Shown here piece by piece: positions 29,390 to 39,334 of a stretch of DNA of 64,000 nucleotides. Position numbers and translations under genes: made by a program. The number at the start of each line of letters is the position of its first letter. Within the stretch, counting starts at the first letter, position 1. The stretch lies in assembly GCA_963666565.1 (NCBI GenBank), contig OY762911.1, forward strand, positions 3,296,001 to 3,360,000. The letters run 5' to 3'. The notes beneath the pieces are model-generated. The model searched no databases. It had not been told where the DNA came from and was given only the letters and a program-made list of their open reading frames with translations. The stretch comes from Thermoanaerobaculia bacterium. GTDB taxonomy: Bacteria > Acidobacteriota > Thermoanaerobaculia > Multivoradales > Multivoraceae.

Positions 29390-31621
29390 TTGACTCTGGG
29401 CAGACGCACCGCTGGCCTCCTGATCGTTGCTGCGACGATCGCCGGCGCGACGGCGCTCGACATCTCCGTCGGCTACGATCTCGCCTCTTTCCTGCCGGAA
29501 CCCACCGATCCGGCCCAGCGGCTGCTGGTGGAACGCCTGGGCCGGGTCTCCGGCGCCGACGCGGTCTACGTAGTTCTGCCGGAGGCGTCGGAGACGGCGG
29601 CCGACGGCGTTGCGGCCGATCTGCGGGCCCTGCCGCTGGCACGCCGTGTCCTTCCAGAGGCAGAAGTGCTCGAACCGGATCTCATTCCGCTCCCGATCTG
29701 GCGCAAACGCCTGCTGCTCCAAGACCTTCCCGCTGGCGAGGACGCCTGGCGCGCGGTTCTGGAGGCCCGGCTGGCCGACTCGACGCTGGCCGAGTCGGAT
29801 TCGGCGCTGGAGCTGATTGCCGCCGATCCGTTGCTGGCGAGCGTTTCGGCTCTCGAACGGATGGCCCCTGCCCGGCAGACGTTCGGAAACGGCGACAGGC
29901 GGTATCTCCTGGTACTCCCGGCGGCCGCCATGTTCGACATCGGCACGCACGCCGAACTGCTCGGGGACGTGAGGCGGACCCTGGCCGGACGCGGATTCGA
30001 CGACGCCCGGCTCTACGGCAGCGGCGTCTACAGCGTCGATCTGCAGGCCAGGACGCGGCGGGAGGCGAAGCTGTTCAGTTCGCTCGCCGCGGTCGCGTTG
30101 GCGCTTCTTCTGTTGTGGCACTTCCGGGCGCCCGCCACAGTCGTCGCCGCCGGCGCGCCCATGCTCGCGGGCGCGGCCGCGGGGCTCGGCGTGTCCTCGC
30201 TCCTCTACGAACAGGTTCACTCGATCGCGCTCGCCTTCGGCTTCACTCTTCTAGGCGTCGCAGTCGACTACCCCCTGCACGCTCTCAGCCACCGGTCGAA
30301 CCCGGGCGCCGTCTGGCCTACTCTTCGCCTTGGGGTGGGCAGTACGCTGATCGCCTATTCCGTCTTCCTCGTGGGCGGCGCCCCAGGTCTTCAGCAGCTC
30401 GGCGCGTTCGCTCTCTCGGGCCTCGCGGCCGCCGCCCTGGCAACAGCCTGGTTGACGGCGAGATCCGGCAGCGCGGCGTCTCCGACGATAGCGATCGGCT
30501 CGGCGCCCGCCAGAGACACGGCGCTGCGCCCCTGGCCCTGGGTCGTCGTCGTCGCGGCCGCCGCGATCCCGCTGGCCACGCACGGCCCGTTCCTGGACGA
30601 CCTCGACGCGCTGACGCCCGTGCCCAAGGAAACGCTGGCCGCCGACGCCGAACTTCGGCGCCAACTGGGGGCGCACGACATGCGCCATGTCGCGGCGAGC
30701 CGCGCTCCGGACCTCGAGGACGCACTTCTGCTCACGGAAGCCGTGTCGGCACGTCTCGACGACGCCGTGCTGGCTGGTGAACTGGAGGCCCACCGGAGCA
30801 TTTCGCCGTTGCTCCCCAGCCGATCGCGCCAGAGCCAGCGAATGGACCAAGTCCGCCGGTTCCTTGCCGATGGCGGAGTGTACTCAAGCGCCTTCGTACA
30901 CGCCGCGGACGAGCTGTCCTTCGCAGAAGACGCCTTCCGGCCCTTCCATGAGGATGCCGTCGGCTTTGGACGAACCGCGGATTGGCTCTCGATCGACGAT
31001 CTGCAGGACCACCCGGAACTCGCCTCGCTGACCGGACTGCACGTCCTGGAAACGACCGACGGCTGGATCAGCCTCACGTTCCTGAGCGGCATCGCAGACG
31101 CCGACGCGGTGGCCGACAGGCTCGACGGCCTGGACGGAGTTCAAGTCGTCGACCTCGTCGAGGCCTCACGCACACTGGTGGTGGACCTTCGGAACCGAAT
31201 CGCCGTCCTCCTCGCAGCCGCGCTCTTCGCCGCCGGCTGCGCGCTCTGGCTGCTGACCCGGGACTTGCGCCGTTCGGTCTGGCTGCTCGGGAACGTCGCC
31301 GCCGCACTGTCGGCCGCGGCATGTCTCGGGATGTGGCTGCGCGGCGGCCTCTCGCCCTTCGACCTGATGGCGCTGGCACTGGTAGCTGGGTTGGGGCTGG
31401 ACTACGGCCTGTTTCACAGCCGAACGCCGGCCGACCCGACAGACGCCCGCGAAACGGGCGCCGCCGTACTGATCTGCGCGCTCTCGAGCTTCGTCGTCTT
31501 CGGGCTCCTGGCTTTCTCCAGGATTCCTGTACTCGCGGGGATCGGCCAGACAGTCGCGACCGGAGTGACTGCGGCGTACCTGCTGACTCGTTTCGGCCGC
31601 TATCCGAAGCCCGGAACCTGA
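29390..31621 (+). CDS. MMPL/RND-family exporter (ApeM/XanM-like)
   Basis: Two TM bundles, FGFTLLGVAVDYPLH and GLGLDY. Confidence 0.88.
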   Translation: MTLGRRTAGLLIVAATIAGATALDISVGYDLASFLPEPTDPAQRLLVERLGRVSGADAVYVVLPEASETAADGVAADLRALPLARRVLPEAEVLEPDLIPLPIWRKRLLLQDLPAGEDAWRAVLEARLADSTLAESDSALELIAADPLLASVSALERMAPARQTFGNGDRRYLLVLPAAAMFDIGTHAELLGDVRRTLAGRGFDDARLYGSGVYSVDLQARTRREAKLFSSLAAVALALLLLWHFRAPATVVAAGAPMLAGAAAGLGVSSLLYEQVHSIALAFGFTLLGVAVDYPLHALSHRSNPGAVWPTLRLGVGSTLIAYSVFLVGGAPGLQQLGAFALSGLAAAALATAWLTARSGSAASPTIAIGSAPARDTALRPWPWVVVVAAAAIPLATHGPFLDDLDALTPVPKETLAADAELRRQLGAHDMRHVAASRAPDLEDALLLTEAVSARLDDAVLAGELEAHRSISPLLPSRSRQSQRMDQVRRFLADGGVYSSAFVHAADELSFAEDAFRPFHEDAVGFGRTADWLSIDDLQDHPELASLTGLHVLETTDGWISLTFLSGIADADAVADRLDGLDGVQVVDLVEASRTLVVDLRNRIAVLLAAALFAAGCALWLLTRDLRRSVWLLGNVAAALSAAACLGMWLRGGLSPFDLMALALVAGLGLDYGLFHSRTPADPTDARETGAAVLICALSSFVVFGLLAFSRIPVLAGIGQTVATGVTAAYLLTRFGRYPKPGT

Positions 31622-33150
31622 CCGAGCGAGCGTCGCACGAGACGGTCTCCATCGTCCGCCAAGATGCAACGGATACCGGTCGCCGCCGCTTGCAGCCGTT
31701 CGAGGTTGACCGTCAAGCGCGCCTCGTCCCCGCACGGATCGCCCTCCAGCAGGTCGGTCTGCAGCTCGTGGAACAGAGGCACGGCGTGGTGGTCGAAGAA
31801 ACCGCCCTCGCCGCCGACCCGGCCGGCGTTCGCCGCACGGCGGCGAAACAGCTTCTGAACGCCCGAGTGCAGGGCCGCGGCCTGCAGAAACAGGCTCTCG
31901 TTGCGCTGCATGAACTCCAGATCGGTCAACCTGCCCGAGAAGAACAGCTTGGCCGGAATCGACCAGTAGAACGCGTAGTCCCAAAGCGTCTTCGCCACGA
32001 TCAGCGTCCGGTCGCCGAAGCCCGCGTACTGGCTGCGATACAGGAGCATCGTGTTGCTGAAGAAGGACTGATAGTTCCGCTGGAACCTCCGCACCCGCTC
32101 GGCCGGAAATCCGCGCGCGACAAGGTCGACCGCATAGGTGTTCGCCATAGCGATGAAGTCGCCGCCGGGCGAGTAGAACGGATCGGCGAACAGGCTGGCA
32201 TCGCCGGTCGCCGCCCAACCTTCCTCCGAGAAGACCTGAGAATTGCCGACCGCATAGCCCTTCAGGACGGCGTGGTCGAGAGGGTCTCTTCCGGCAAGCT
32301 CCGCAGCCACCAGCGGGTGTTCCCGCCGCAGCCAGAGCAACAGGCCGGCTCGCCCGCGAACCTCCTCCAAAGGCACTCGTTCGGGATCGAACACGAGGCC
32401 CACGCTGGTCGCCCCGGAGGCAAGCGGAATCAGCCAGAGCCAGTATCCCGGACCGGTGAAGTGGATCGTGCTGGCACGGCGCGGAAGTTCCCCCGAGCAC
32501 CGCGACAGCCAGTCTCCGTCGCCACTCAGCGATTCGACGTCCACTACTCCACGAAGCCGGAACCAGACAGCATGGTGCCGATGTCGAGCTGAACGGACGG
32601 TCCTCCGTGAACGGCGCAGAAACGCCCTACGACCGCTGGCGTCGATCAGGTACCGGCAGCGGTGCGTCGTCTCCCTTCCCTCGCCCGGGTTCCGCAGGAC
32701 GACCCGGTGCATCCCCCTTTCGACATCCACGGACCGCACCGTAGTCCCATCGTGAAGCGTACCGACCTCACGCCAGGTCCGGGCCAGTTGGTTCTCAAAG
32801 CGGCCCCGATCCAGTTGGTAGGTGGGTATGGGAAGCGGTGCGCTGGGTCCGATCTCGTCGTAGGCGGCCAGATCGCGGTCTATGGGCGCGTCGCCCCGGC
32901 AGAACAGGCGCAAGCCGAACTTCCGCAACTGCTCACGATCGAGCTCCTCCTTCAGACCGAGGTCCCTTGCAAGGTAGTGGGACGCAATCTCGACCGTGGA
33001 CTCGCCGACCTTGTGCGCTGCCTCCGGCACCGGAAAGCGCCTCCGTTCGACCACTGCGATGTCGAGATCGGGGAATCGCTGGCGAAGATGCCGGGCGAGG
33101 GTCAGTCCCGCGAAGCCACCGCCCACGATACACACGTCCTGGCGCCGCAC
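31600..33150 (-). CDS. flavin-dependent halogenase (xanthomonadin XanJ-like)
   Basis: GGGFAG FAD motif, HKVGESTVE, QLRKFG (candidate catalytic Lys), WLWLIP and GDASLFADPFYSPG. Confidence 0.88.
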   Translation of the reverse strand: MRRQDVCIVGGGFAGLTLARHLRQRFPDLDIAVVERRRFPVPEAAHKVGESTVEIASHYLARDLGLKEELDREQLRKFGLRLFCRGDAPIDRDLAAYDEIGPSAPLPIPTYQLDRGRFENQLARTWREVGTLHDGTTVRSVDVERGMHRVVLRNPGEGRETTHRCRYLIDASGRRAFLRRSRRTVRSARHRHHAVWFRLRGVVDVESLSGDGDWLSRCSGELPRRASTIHFTGPGYWLWLIPLASGATSVGLVFDPERVPLEEVRGRAGLLLWLRREHPLVAAELAGRDPLDHAVLKGYAVGNSQVFSEEGWAATGDASLFADPFYSPGGDFIAMANTYAVDLVARGFPAERVRRFQRNYQSFFSNTMLLYRSQYAGFGDRTLIVAKTLWDYAFYWSIPAKLFFSGRLTDLEFMQRNESLFLQAAALHSGVQKLFRRRAANAGRVGGEGGFFDHHAVPLFHELQTDLLEGDPCGDEARLTVNLERLQAAATGIRCILADDGDRLVRRSLGQVPGFG

Positions 33151-33154
33151 GGAA

Positions 33155-34003
33155 TCAGTCCTCCCAACCACGACCGCCCTCGAGATGCAGTTCGACGCAG
33201 CAGCTCGGGCCGGCAGGAAAACGGAGCCAGCCCTGCCGCGACGGATCCGTTTCCGAAGCCGCAAGGCGATCCGCGAGCGTCAGCGCGCATCCTATCGGAT
33301 TCGCCTGTCCGAGCCACTCCAGGCCGGCGGGAAAAGGGGTCGTCTGGAGCGGCCCCGTCCTGAACCTGAGCTCCGCCCTCAGGCAGCGGCGGTCCCGGGC
33401 CACGCCGTCTTCCCGTTCAAGAACGAAAGCGGCTCCGAGCGTCTGCCGAACGTCCGCGACCGCCGTAAGCGGCGGTTTCGTCGCGATGTCGCAGGCAACG
33501 TAGAGCACGGGACCGTGAGCGGCGACCGCCTGGCTGGCCGCTTCCAGCAATCCGGCCCCGAAGCTCTCCAGGAAAGCGCCGACGAACGTGCTCGGCGAGC
33601 GATTGCGGGCGCTGATCGTCCAGTAACCCGATGCAGCATTGTGAACCGAGTTGTGGAACTTGGTCGGCGACAGTACCTTCGCAGGCTGCGCAAGCCGGCG
33701 ACACATGTACTCCGTGACTGCCGTGTCGCCGAGTGCGGACGAAAAGACCGAAGGCACGGCGTCCTTCGGGACGCCGGCAACCTCACATGCCTGGTGCGCG
33801 ACCTCGACGCCCAGGCCGATCATCAACCCCGCTCTGCGCCGCTCCCGTGCCGGCAGCCACGCGGGTTTGGGCGGCTTGAACTCGCTGGCGGCCAAGTCGA
33901 CGAAACCGGACTTTCTCGCCGCCTTGAACTCGGCGAAGCTGGTGAGGCCCCGCGTCCAGAGGCCGACGCCCGTAATCGCCACTCCAAGCGCCGGCCGAAT
34001 CAC
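33155..34003 (-). CDS. beta-ketoacyl synthase chain-length factor (ApeC-like)
   Basis: ERRRA and SPTKFHNSVHNAASG; shortened KS fold. Confidence 0.88.
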   Translation of the reverse strand: MIRPALGVAITGVGLWTRGLTSFAEFKAARKSGFVDLAASEFKPPKPAWLPARERRRAGLMIGLGVEVAHQACEVAGVPKDAVPSVFSSALGDTAVTEYMCRRLAQPAKVLSPTKFHNSVHNAASGYWTISARNRSPSTFVGAFLESFGAGLLEAASQAVAAHGPVLYVACDIATKPPLTAVADVRQTLGAAFVLEREDGVARDRRCLRAELRFRTGPLQTTPFPAGLEWLGQANPIGCALTLADRLAASETDPSRQGWLRFPAGPSCCVELHLEGGRGWED

Positions 34004-35157
34004 CGGCCGAAAACCACCGAACAGTTGACGCCCCCGAACCCGAAGGAGTTTGTGAGAGCGACGTCGATGGGGCGCATCGCGCTCTCGAGCAGCAACTCGA
34101 ACGGCGCATCGGGAGTCGTCGTGTTCCTGGTGCCCGGCACGAAGCCGGTGGCCAGGGCCTCAAGGCACAGCACGGCTTCCACTATGCCGCTTGCACCGAG
34201 CGCATGCCCCGTCCAGCCCTTCGTGGCGCTGGCCAGAACGTCGCCTTCCATCATCGCCGCGCATACCTTTCCTTCGACCTCGTCGTTGCCCTGGGTACCG
34301 GTGCCGTGGAGATTCACGTAGTCGACTTCGTTCATCGAGATTCCGGCGTCGGCCAGCGCCCGTTCCATCGCGAGCCGGGCGCCCAGGCCTTCCGGGTGGC
34401 TGCTGGACATGTGGTGCGCGTCGCAGCTCTCACCCACCCCCAGCAGCCGAAGATCTCCCGGCGCAGGTTCTCGGGACAGCAGGACGAACCCCACAGCTTC
34501 GCCGAGACTGATGCCCGCTCGATCTTCCGAGAAGGGTCGGCAAGGTTCGGGCGAAACGAGCTGCAGCGCACTAAACCCGTGGATCACGCTAAGGCAAAGG
34601 CTGTCCGCACCTCCGACCACCACGGCGTCGACGAGATCCTGCTCCAGCCAGCGTTTGGCCGTCGCGAACACCTTGGCGCTGGAGGCGCAAGCCGCGCTGA
34701 CCGTGATTCTCGGACCCTCGACCCCCAGCCGCTCGGCTGCGAAGGCGGTCGGTGCGTGGGGATTGTGCACCTCGGGCTGGCGGTACCGTCTGGCGAATCT
34801 GCCGTCCTCTTCGAGTTCCCGATACGCCTCCTCGGTCCGGTCGATAGCTGAGGTGCTCGTGCCCATGACGAGACCCAGCCGATCCTTCTCCACTCGCTCG
34901 CCCACCTCGGCGACGGCATCGACGAAACCATCGTGCCGCAGTCCGAACTCGATGAGGCGAGTGTTCCGGCTCCATCGATCCGGCGCCACTTCGACCGACT
35001 CGGGCAGATCGACCCGGCCGAGAAAGCACGGGACGTCGCTACCCCGCCACTCCCGGTCGTCCAGGCCTGTCCGGTTCGCTCGCAGGGAAGCCCGCAAGCC
35101 GCCGTTACCCGCTCCCAACGCCGAAGTGAGGGTGTATGCCTTCAGGTACACGCTCAA
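34000..35157 (-). CDS. beta-ketoacyl-ACP synthase (ApeO-like)
   Basis: SAACASSAKVF, NLHGTGT, GHALGA and NSFGFGG; start approximate. Confidence 0.9.
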   Translation of the reverse strand: MSVYLKAYTLTSALGAGNGGLRASLRANRTGLDDREWRGSDVPCFLGRVDLPESVEVAPDRWSRNTRLIEFGLRHDGFVDAVAEVGERVEKDRLGLVMGTSTSAIDRTEEAYRELEEDGRFARRYRQPEVHNPHAPTAFAAERLGVEGPRITVSAACASSAKVFATAKRWLEQDLVDAVVVGGADSLCLSVIHGFSALQLVSPEPCRPFSEDRAGISLGEAVGFVLLSREPAPGDLRLLGVGESCDAHHMSSSHPEGLGARLAMERALADAGISMNEVDYVNLHGTGTQGNDEVEGKVCAAMMEGDVLASATKGWTGHALGASGIVEAVLCLEALATGFVPGTRNTTTPDAPFELLLESAMRPIDVALTNSFGFGGVNCSVVFGR

Positions 35158-35510
35158 GGGGCAATCTCCACCGCGACTCCGCAGGATTGGGAGCCTACCC
35201 CTCCAGCCGGCCACGGCCCAAACGACCGCTCTTCTGGACATGGCCTCATGATCGGCGGTAGTCTACGCTAGTTCCGGGCCACCGGCGTAGCTCCGGGGAA
35301 CACGTCGCACTCGGGCACTCCAATGCGCTCAATCTCGATTCTCCCCCTGCACTCGCCCTTCCTGAGGCTCGCCGACCGTATCCGCACCATGGGCGGCGCT
35401 CCCCCGCTTCCGGACTGTGCAGTCTCGCCACGGGCAAGACGTTCTCGGACGTGATCGAGCGCGTCGGCGAGACTGTTCGGAGGACCTCCGCCCTGGCGAG
35501 GTCCTGAAAC

Positions 35511-36122
35511 TTGGCGGCGCTCCCCCGCACAACGCCCGTGAGTGTCTTCACGGCGCTGGCGCTTCTTGCCTATCCTCTTCTGGTTTACCTGCTGCTCGAT
35601 CGCGTACCGCCGGCCTTGATGATTCTCGGCCTGGGCGCCTTGGGCGCTGCCAGACTTGCGACCGGGAGATCGGTTCACCGGAAGCACCGGCCGCTGCTGC
35701 TGGTTCTGCTGGGCCTGCTATGCGGGATCGCCTGTCTGGACGCTCGATGGGAGTGGGTCAAACTGTACCCCGTTCTGGTCAATCTTGCGGGTGCCAGTTG
35801 GTTCGCATGGACCTTGATCCGTCCACCTTCGGCGGCGGAGCGGCTCGCGCGGCTCGCGAATCCCGGGGAGAAGTTCGACTGGCGCAAGTCCTTGTACACG
35901 AAGCGGGTCACACGGATCTGGGTGGTCTTCTTCTTGTTCAACAGTTGCGCCGCAACGTACACTGCCCTTGCGACACCGACCGGCGTCTGGACGATCTACA
36001 ACGGATTCATCAGCTACCTCCTTGTCGGTTTACTGCTCGGCGTCGAGTACCTGTTCCGCATCCGGTACCGGAGACGCCATTTCGCGGGCACGGAAACATG
36101 TCGAAACGCTACCATCTCCTGA
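35511..36122 (+). CDS. COG4648-like membrane protein (ApeG-like)
   Basis: KLYPVLVN, YTKRVTRIW and WTIYNGFISY...EYLFR. Confidence 0.85.
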   Translation: MAALPRTTPVSVFTALALLAYPLLVYLLLDRVPPALMILGLGALGAARLATGRSVHRKHRPLLLVLLGLLCGIACLDARWEWVKLYPVLVNLAGASWFAWTLIRPPSAAERLARLANPGEKFDWRKSLYTKRVTRIWVVFFLFNSCAATYTALATPTGVWTIYNGFISYLLVGLLLGVEYLFRIRYRRRHFAGTETCRNATIS

Positions 36123-36850
36123 TTCCGCACTACCGGCACGTGGACCGGCTGACCCGGTTCCTGCCCCGTCTTGCATCAGCCGGTCTGCCAGTCCTGGTCG
36201 TCGACGACGGCAGCGACCGCCGAACGCTGAAGCGGTTGCGCGATCTGGTCGCCGGCTATTCCTGGGCCTCGTTGCTGGAGCGCGACCGCAACGGCGGCAA
36301 GGGCGCCGCCGTCATCGCCGGCATGGAGTATCTGTACGACCGCGGCGCAACGCACGCCATATCGGTGGACGCCGACGGCCAACACGATCCCGGGGACGTT
36401 GCCCGCTTCCGGCGGGCTTCGGAGCGGAGCCCCCGCCGCCTACTCTCCGGCAGGCCGGTGTTCGCCGACAGCATACCGGCGAGCCGTCTCCACGGTCGTA
36501 AGGTGACGAATTGGCTGGCCCGTTCTCTGGCTGGAGGAAACCGGGTGGAGGATGCGATGTGCGGCTTCAGGCTCTACCCCCTCGCTACCGTGTTGCCTCT
36601 CGTTCCGGCTCTGGGAAACCGCGTCCGCATGGAGTTCGACGTCGAGATTCTGGTGCGAGCCTGCTGGGCGGGAATCGAGTTGGAATTCATCCCGACGCGG
36701 GTGGATTATCCGAAAGAGGGCCTCTCGCACTTTCGTCTCATCGCCGACAATCTGAGATTCGCCCGCATGCACAGCGTACTGACCTTCGAGGCGCTTGGCC
36801 GTTCTCTGAGACCGCCACGCGGTTGCGGGACCGGAAGTCCCCAGGCATGA
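36098..36850 (+). CDS. glycosyltransferase family 2 (ApeJ GT-domain-like)
   Basis: VVDDGS, NGGKG, VDADGQH and DAMCGFRLYP. Confidence 0.92.
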   Translation: MSKRYHLLIPHYRHVDRLTRFLPRLASAGLPVLVVDDGSDRRTLKRLRDLVAGYSWASLLERDRNGGKGAAVIAGMEYLYDRGATHAISVDADGQHDPGDVARFRRASERSPRRLLSGRPVFADSIPASRLHGRKVTNWLARSLAGGNRVEDAMCGFRLYPLATVLPLVPALGNRVRMEFDVEILVRACWAGIELEFIPTRVDYPKEGLSHFRLIADNLRFARMHSVLTFEALGRSLRPPRGCGTGSPQA

Positions 36851-37326
36851 GCGCCAGCCACGGCCAGGGCCGTCGCGCGCTGTGGACGAAGCGCTGGCCC
36901 GACCACCCGTCCTTGCGGGCGTGCGCCACCCTTGTCGTGCCCTTCCAGGACGCAGATCCGACGGGCGTGGTCTGGCACGGCAACTACTTTCGATACTACG
37001 AAACCGCGCGCACCGCCCTCCTCGAGCGACTCGGGTTCAGCTATCGGCAGCTCGGCGCCAGAGGGCAACTCTGGCCGATCGTGGATAGCCGGGTCCGTTT
37101 TCGCGGGAGTCTGTCCTACGGCGAGAAGATCGCGGCGTTCGCTCAGATCGTCGAGTGGGAGTTCCGCCTGCGGATCTACTACGAGCTTCGTCGCGACGAC
37201 GGAGAACTCGTGAACGAAGCCTACACCGTGCAAGTACCGGTGGCGGAGCGCTCGGAGAACCTGCTCGTCGGTACGCCCCGCTTCCTCCGAGATCGCATCG
37301 CCGAGCTGATCGAGCAGGATGCCTGA
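36847..37326 (+). CDS. acyl-CoA/ACP thioesterase (ApeK-like)
   Basis: FQDADPTGVVWHGNYFRY. Confidence 0.88.
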   Translation: MSASHGQGRRALWTKRWPDHPSLRACATLVVPFQDADPTGVVWHGNYFRYYETARTALLERLGFSYRQLGARGQLWPIVDSRVRFRGSLSYGEKIAAFAQIVEWEFRLRIYYELRRDDGELVNEAYTVQVPVAERSENLLVGTPRFLRDRIAELIEQDA

Positions 37327-37393
37327 ACGGCGTTCGGACAGGCAAACGGGGCCGGGACCGCCGAAACGCCAACCCACCGCGACCCGGCCGCCG

Positions 37394-39334
37394 TTACCGC
37401 CGCTTGAACCGCCGCTCCAGGTCCCGGTCCGTCAGTTCCAGCACCACCGGCCGGCCGTGCGGGCAGGTATAGGGGTGCTCGCAGCCGAAGAGCTCGGCGA
37501 TCAGGCTCTCCATCTTCTCCGCCGACAGCGCCTGGTGCATCTTGACCGCGGCACGGCAGGCGCGGCTGGCGGCCAACTGGGTCAGCAGGTAGTCGGCGAG
37601 CGCCTCGCTCTCGCTGGGCAGTTCGTCGCCGGCGGCGACCCGGGTGGCGATGCGAAGCACCAGGCTCTCCGCTTCGGCATCGGGCAGCACGGCCGGAATC
37701 GCGGTGATCGCGGCGCTGCCGCCCGACAGGCTGCTCACCGAGTAGCCGCAACGGGCAAGGCCTGAGGAGCACTCGGCGAGCGCGGCGTTCTCGGCCGCCG
37801 AGAGTTCGAGCATGCGGGGCACCAGGAGCGTCTGGCTGGCGGCGTCGTTCTCGCTCAGGCTGCGGCGGAAGCGCTCGTACAGGATCCGTTCGTGGGCCAC
37901 GTGCTGGTCGACGACGAGCATGGACTCCGGTCCTTCGAGCAGGATCATCGTTCCCTTGTACTGGCCGATCAGCCGCAGCGATTCGCGTCCCTTGCCGGAC
38001 AGGGGCACCGGCGCGGCGGGCCCGGGCGCGTAGGACACCTCGGCCAGCTTGCCGATCTGCCCGGACTGTCCGGCCTGCGCGGCGGCAGCGCCGCCGTAGC
38101 GTGCGGCCAGTTCGGCGGCCCAGACTGGCGCCGCCGGCGCCGGATCGTCCTGTGCCGGGCCGCCGCCTCTTCCCGGACCGGTCTCCCGCCACGGCGCCGG
38201 ACCGGGGGCTTCCCGGACCTCGCCCGCGCCGGTCCAGGCCGGCGGTACGATCGGCCCTTGCATCTCCCGCAGCGGCGCGGGCTCCTCGCCCTTCGCGGCC
38301 TCCAGCCCCCTGCGCAGCGCGCTGCCGATGCGGCCCATGAGCGCCGCGTCGCGGAACCGGACCTCCGCCTTCTGCGGATGGACGTTCACGTCTACCGACT
38401 CCGGCGGCACGTCCAGGAACAGGAACAGCGCCGGCGCCGGGTCGCCCTTCATCAGGTCGCGCACAGCCTTGTAGTAGATGCCGAGCACCGCGCGGTCGCG
38501 CACCAGCCGGCCGTTGACGAAGACGAACTGTCGCCGGCCCCTTCCCGTCTCGCGGTCGCCGACGAAGCCGGAGATCCCCTGCTCCCTCCTGGCCTCGGGC
38601 AACGGAACGAGACGCTCGACGAGACCTTCGCCGAAGAGCTGGCCGATCCGGTCGAGCCGGCCCGCCGCGTCGAGTCCGGTGGCCTGGGCGCGCAGCAGCT
38701 CGCGGCGCGCCGCCGCCGCTTCGGGCGCGTGCCGCAGGACGAAGGTGACGTCCGGGCGCGCCAGGGCGTACCCCTGCACCACGGTCGTCGCGTGGCGGAG
38801 TTCGGTCGCTGGCCGCTTGAGGAACTGCTTGCGGGCCGGCACGTTGTAGAACAGGGACTCCACGTTGACCGTGGTGCCGCGCGGGCGGCTCACCGGCTCG
38901 TCGACCGTAACGCGGCCGCCCTCCACCAGCAGCCGGCGGCCCTCGCCGGCGGTACGGGCGGTCAGGAGCTCGCACTTCGAAACCGCGGCGATGGAAGACA
39001 GCGCCTCGCCGCGAAAGCCAAGGGTCGCGACCTCGAGCAGGTCGTCGAAGGACGCGATCTTGCTGGTCGCGTGCCGCTCCACCGCGAGGGCAGCCTCCTC
39101 GGCCCCGATGCCCCCGCCGTCGTCGATGACCGAGATCAGGTCCTTGCCGCCGTTCTCCAGGTCGATCTCGATGCGGGTCGCGCCGGCGTCGAGCGCGTTC
39201 TCCACGAGCTCCTTGACCACCGAGGACGGACGCTCCACGACCTCGCCGGCCGCGATCTGGGAGATCAGCGCCTCGGGAAGCCGCCGCAACGGGCGGCCCG
39301 ACGGCCCGGCGCCGGCGCCGGCGCCGGCCGTCAT
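37394..39334 (-). CDS. mutL: DNA mismatch repair endonuclease MutL
   Basis: QIAAGEVVERP, ELVENALDA, GFRGEAL, DQHVAHERILYE, ACRAA and CPHGRP. Confidence 0.97.
   Translation of the reverse strand: MTAGAGAGAGPSGRPLRRLPEALISQIAAGEVVERPSSVVKELVENALDAGATRIEIDLENGGKDLISVIDDGGGIGAEEAALAVERHATSKIASFDDLLEVATLGFRGEALSSIAAVSKCELLTARTAGEGRRLLVEGGRVTVDEPVSRPRGTTVNVESLFYNVPARKQFLKRPATELRHATTVVQGYALARPDVTFVLRHAPEAAAARRELLRAQATGLDAAGRLDRIGQLFGEGLVERLVPLPEARREQGISGFVGDRETGRGRRQFVFVNGRLVRDRAVLGIYYKAVRDLMKGDPAPALFLFLDVPPESVDVNVHPQKAEVRFRDAALMGRIGSALRRGLEAAKGEEPAPLREMQGPIVPPAWTGAGEVREAPGPAPWRETGPGRGGGPAQDDPAPAAPVWAAELAARYGGAAAAQAGQSGQIGKLAEVSYAPGPAAPVPLSGKGRESLRLIGQYKGTMILLEGPESMLVVDQHVAHERILYERFRRSLSENDAASQTLLVPRMLELSAAENAALAECSSGLARCGYSVSSLSGGSAAITAIPAVLPDAEAESLVLRIATRVAAGDELPSESEALADYLLTQLAASRACRAAVKMHQALSAEKMESLIAELFGCEHPYTCPHGRPVVLELTDRDLERRFKRR

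Larger units (their letters stand above)
22007..37326. other. aryl polyene / xanthomonadin-like type II PKS biosynthetic gene cluster with halogenase
   Basis: Two KS, CLF, two ACP, KR, two DH, AMP-ligase, two acyltransferases, GT2, thioesterase, LolA-like, MMPL, membrane protein and FAD halogenase. Confidence 0.92.

Noticed and set aside
35246-35687. Short ORFs in the gap within the PKS cluster (possible precursor peptide or regulator)
   Set aside because: No clear RBS, motif or coding-like composition; more likely a divergent promoter region.
37327-37393. Searched for att-like direct repeats or an integrase bounding the aryl polyene island
   Set aside because: Only an imperfect GGCGTTCGG/CCGAAACGCC hairpin between convergent genes; no repeat matching the rnc end and no integrase or tRNA seen.
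39306-39329. CCGGCG hexamer repeats at the mutL 5' end as a possible mutator phase-variation tract
   Set aside because: The unit is a multiple of three and lies in a non-conserved N-terminal extension (AGAGAG), so slippage would not shift the frame or alter the ATPase core.
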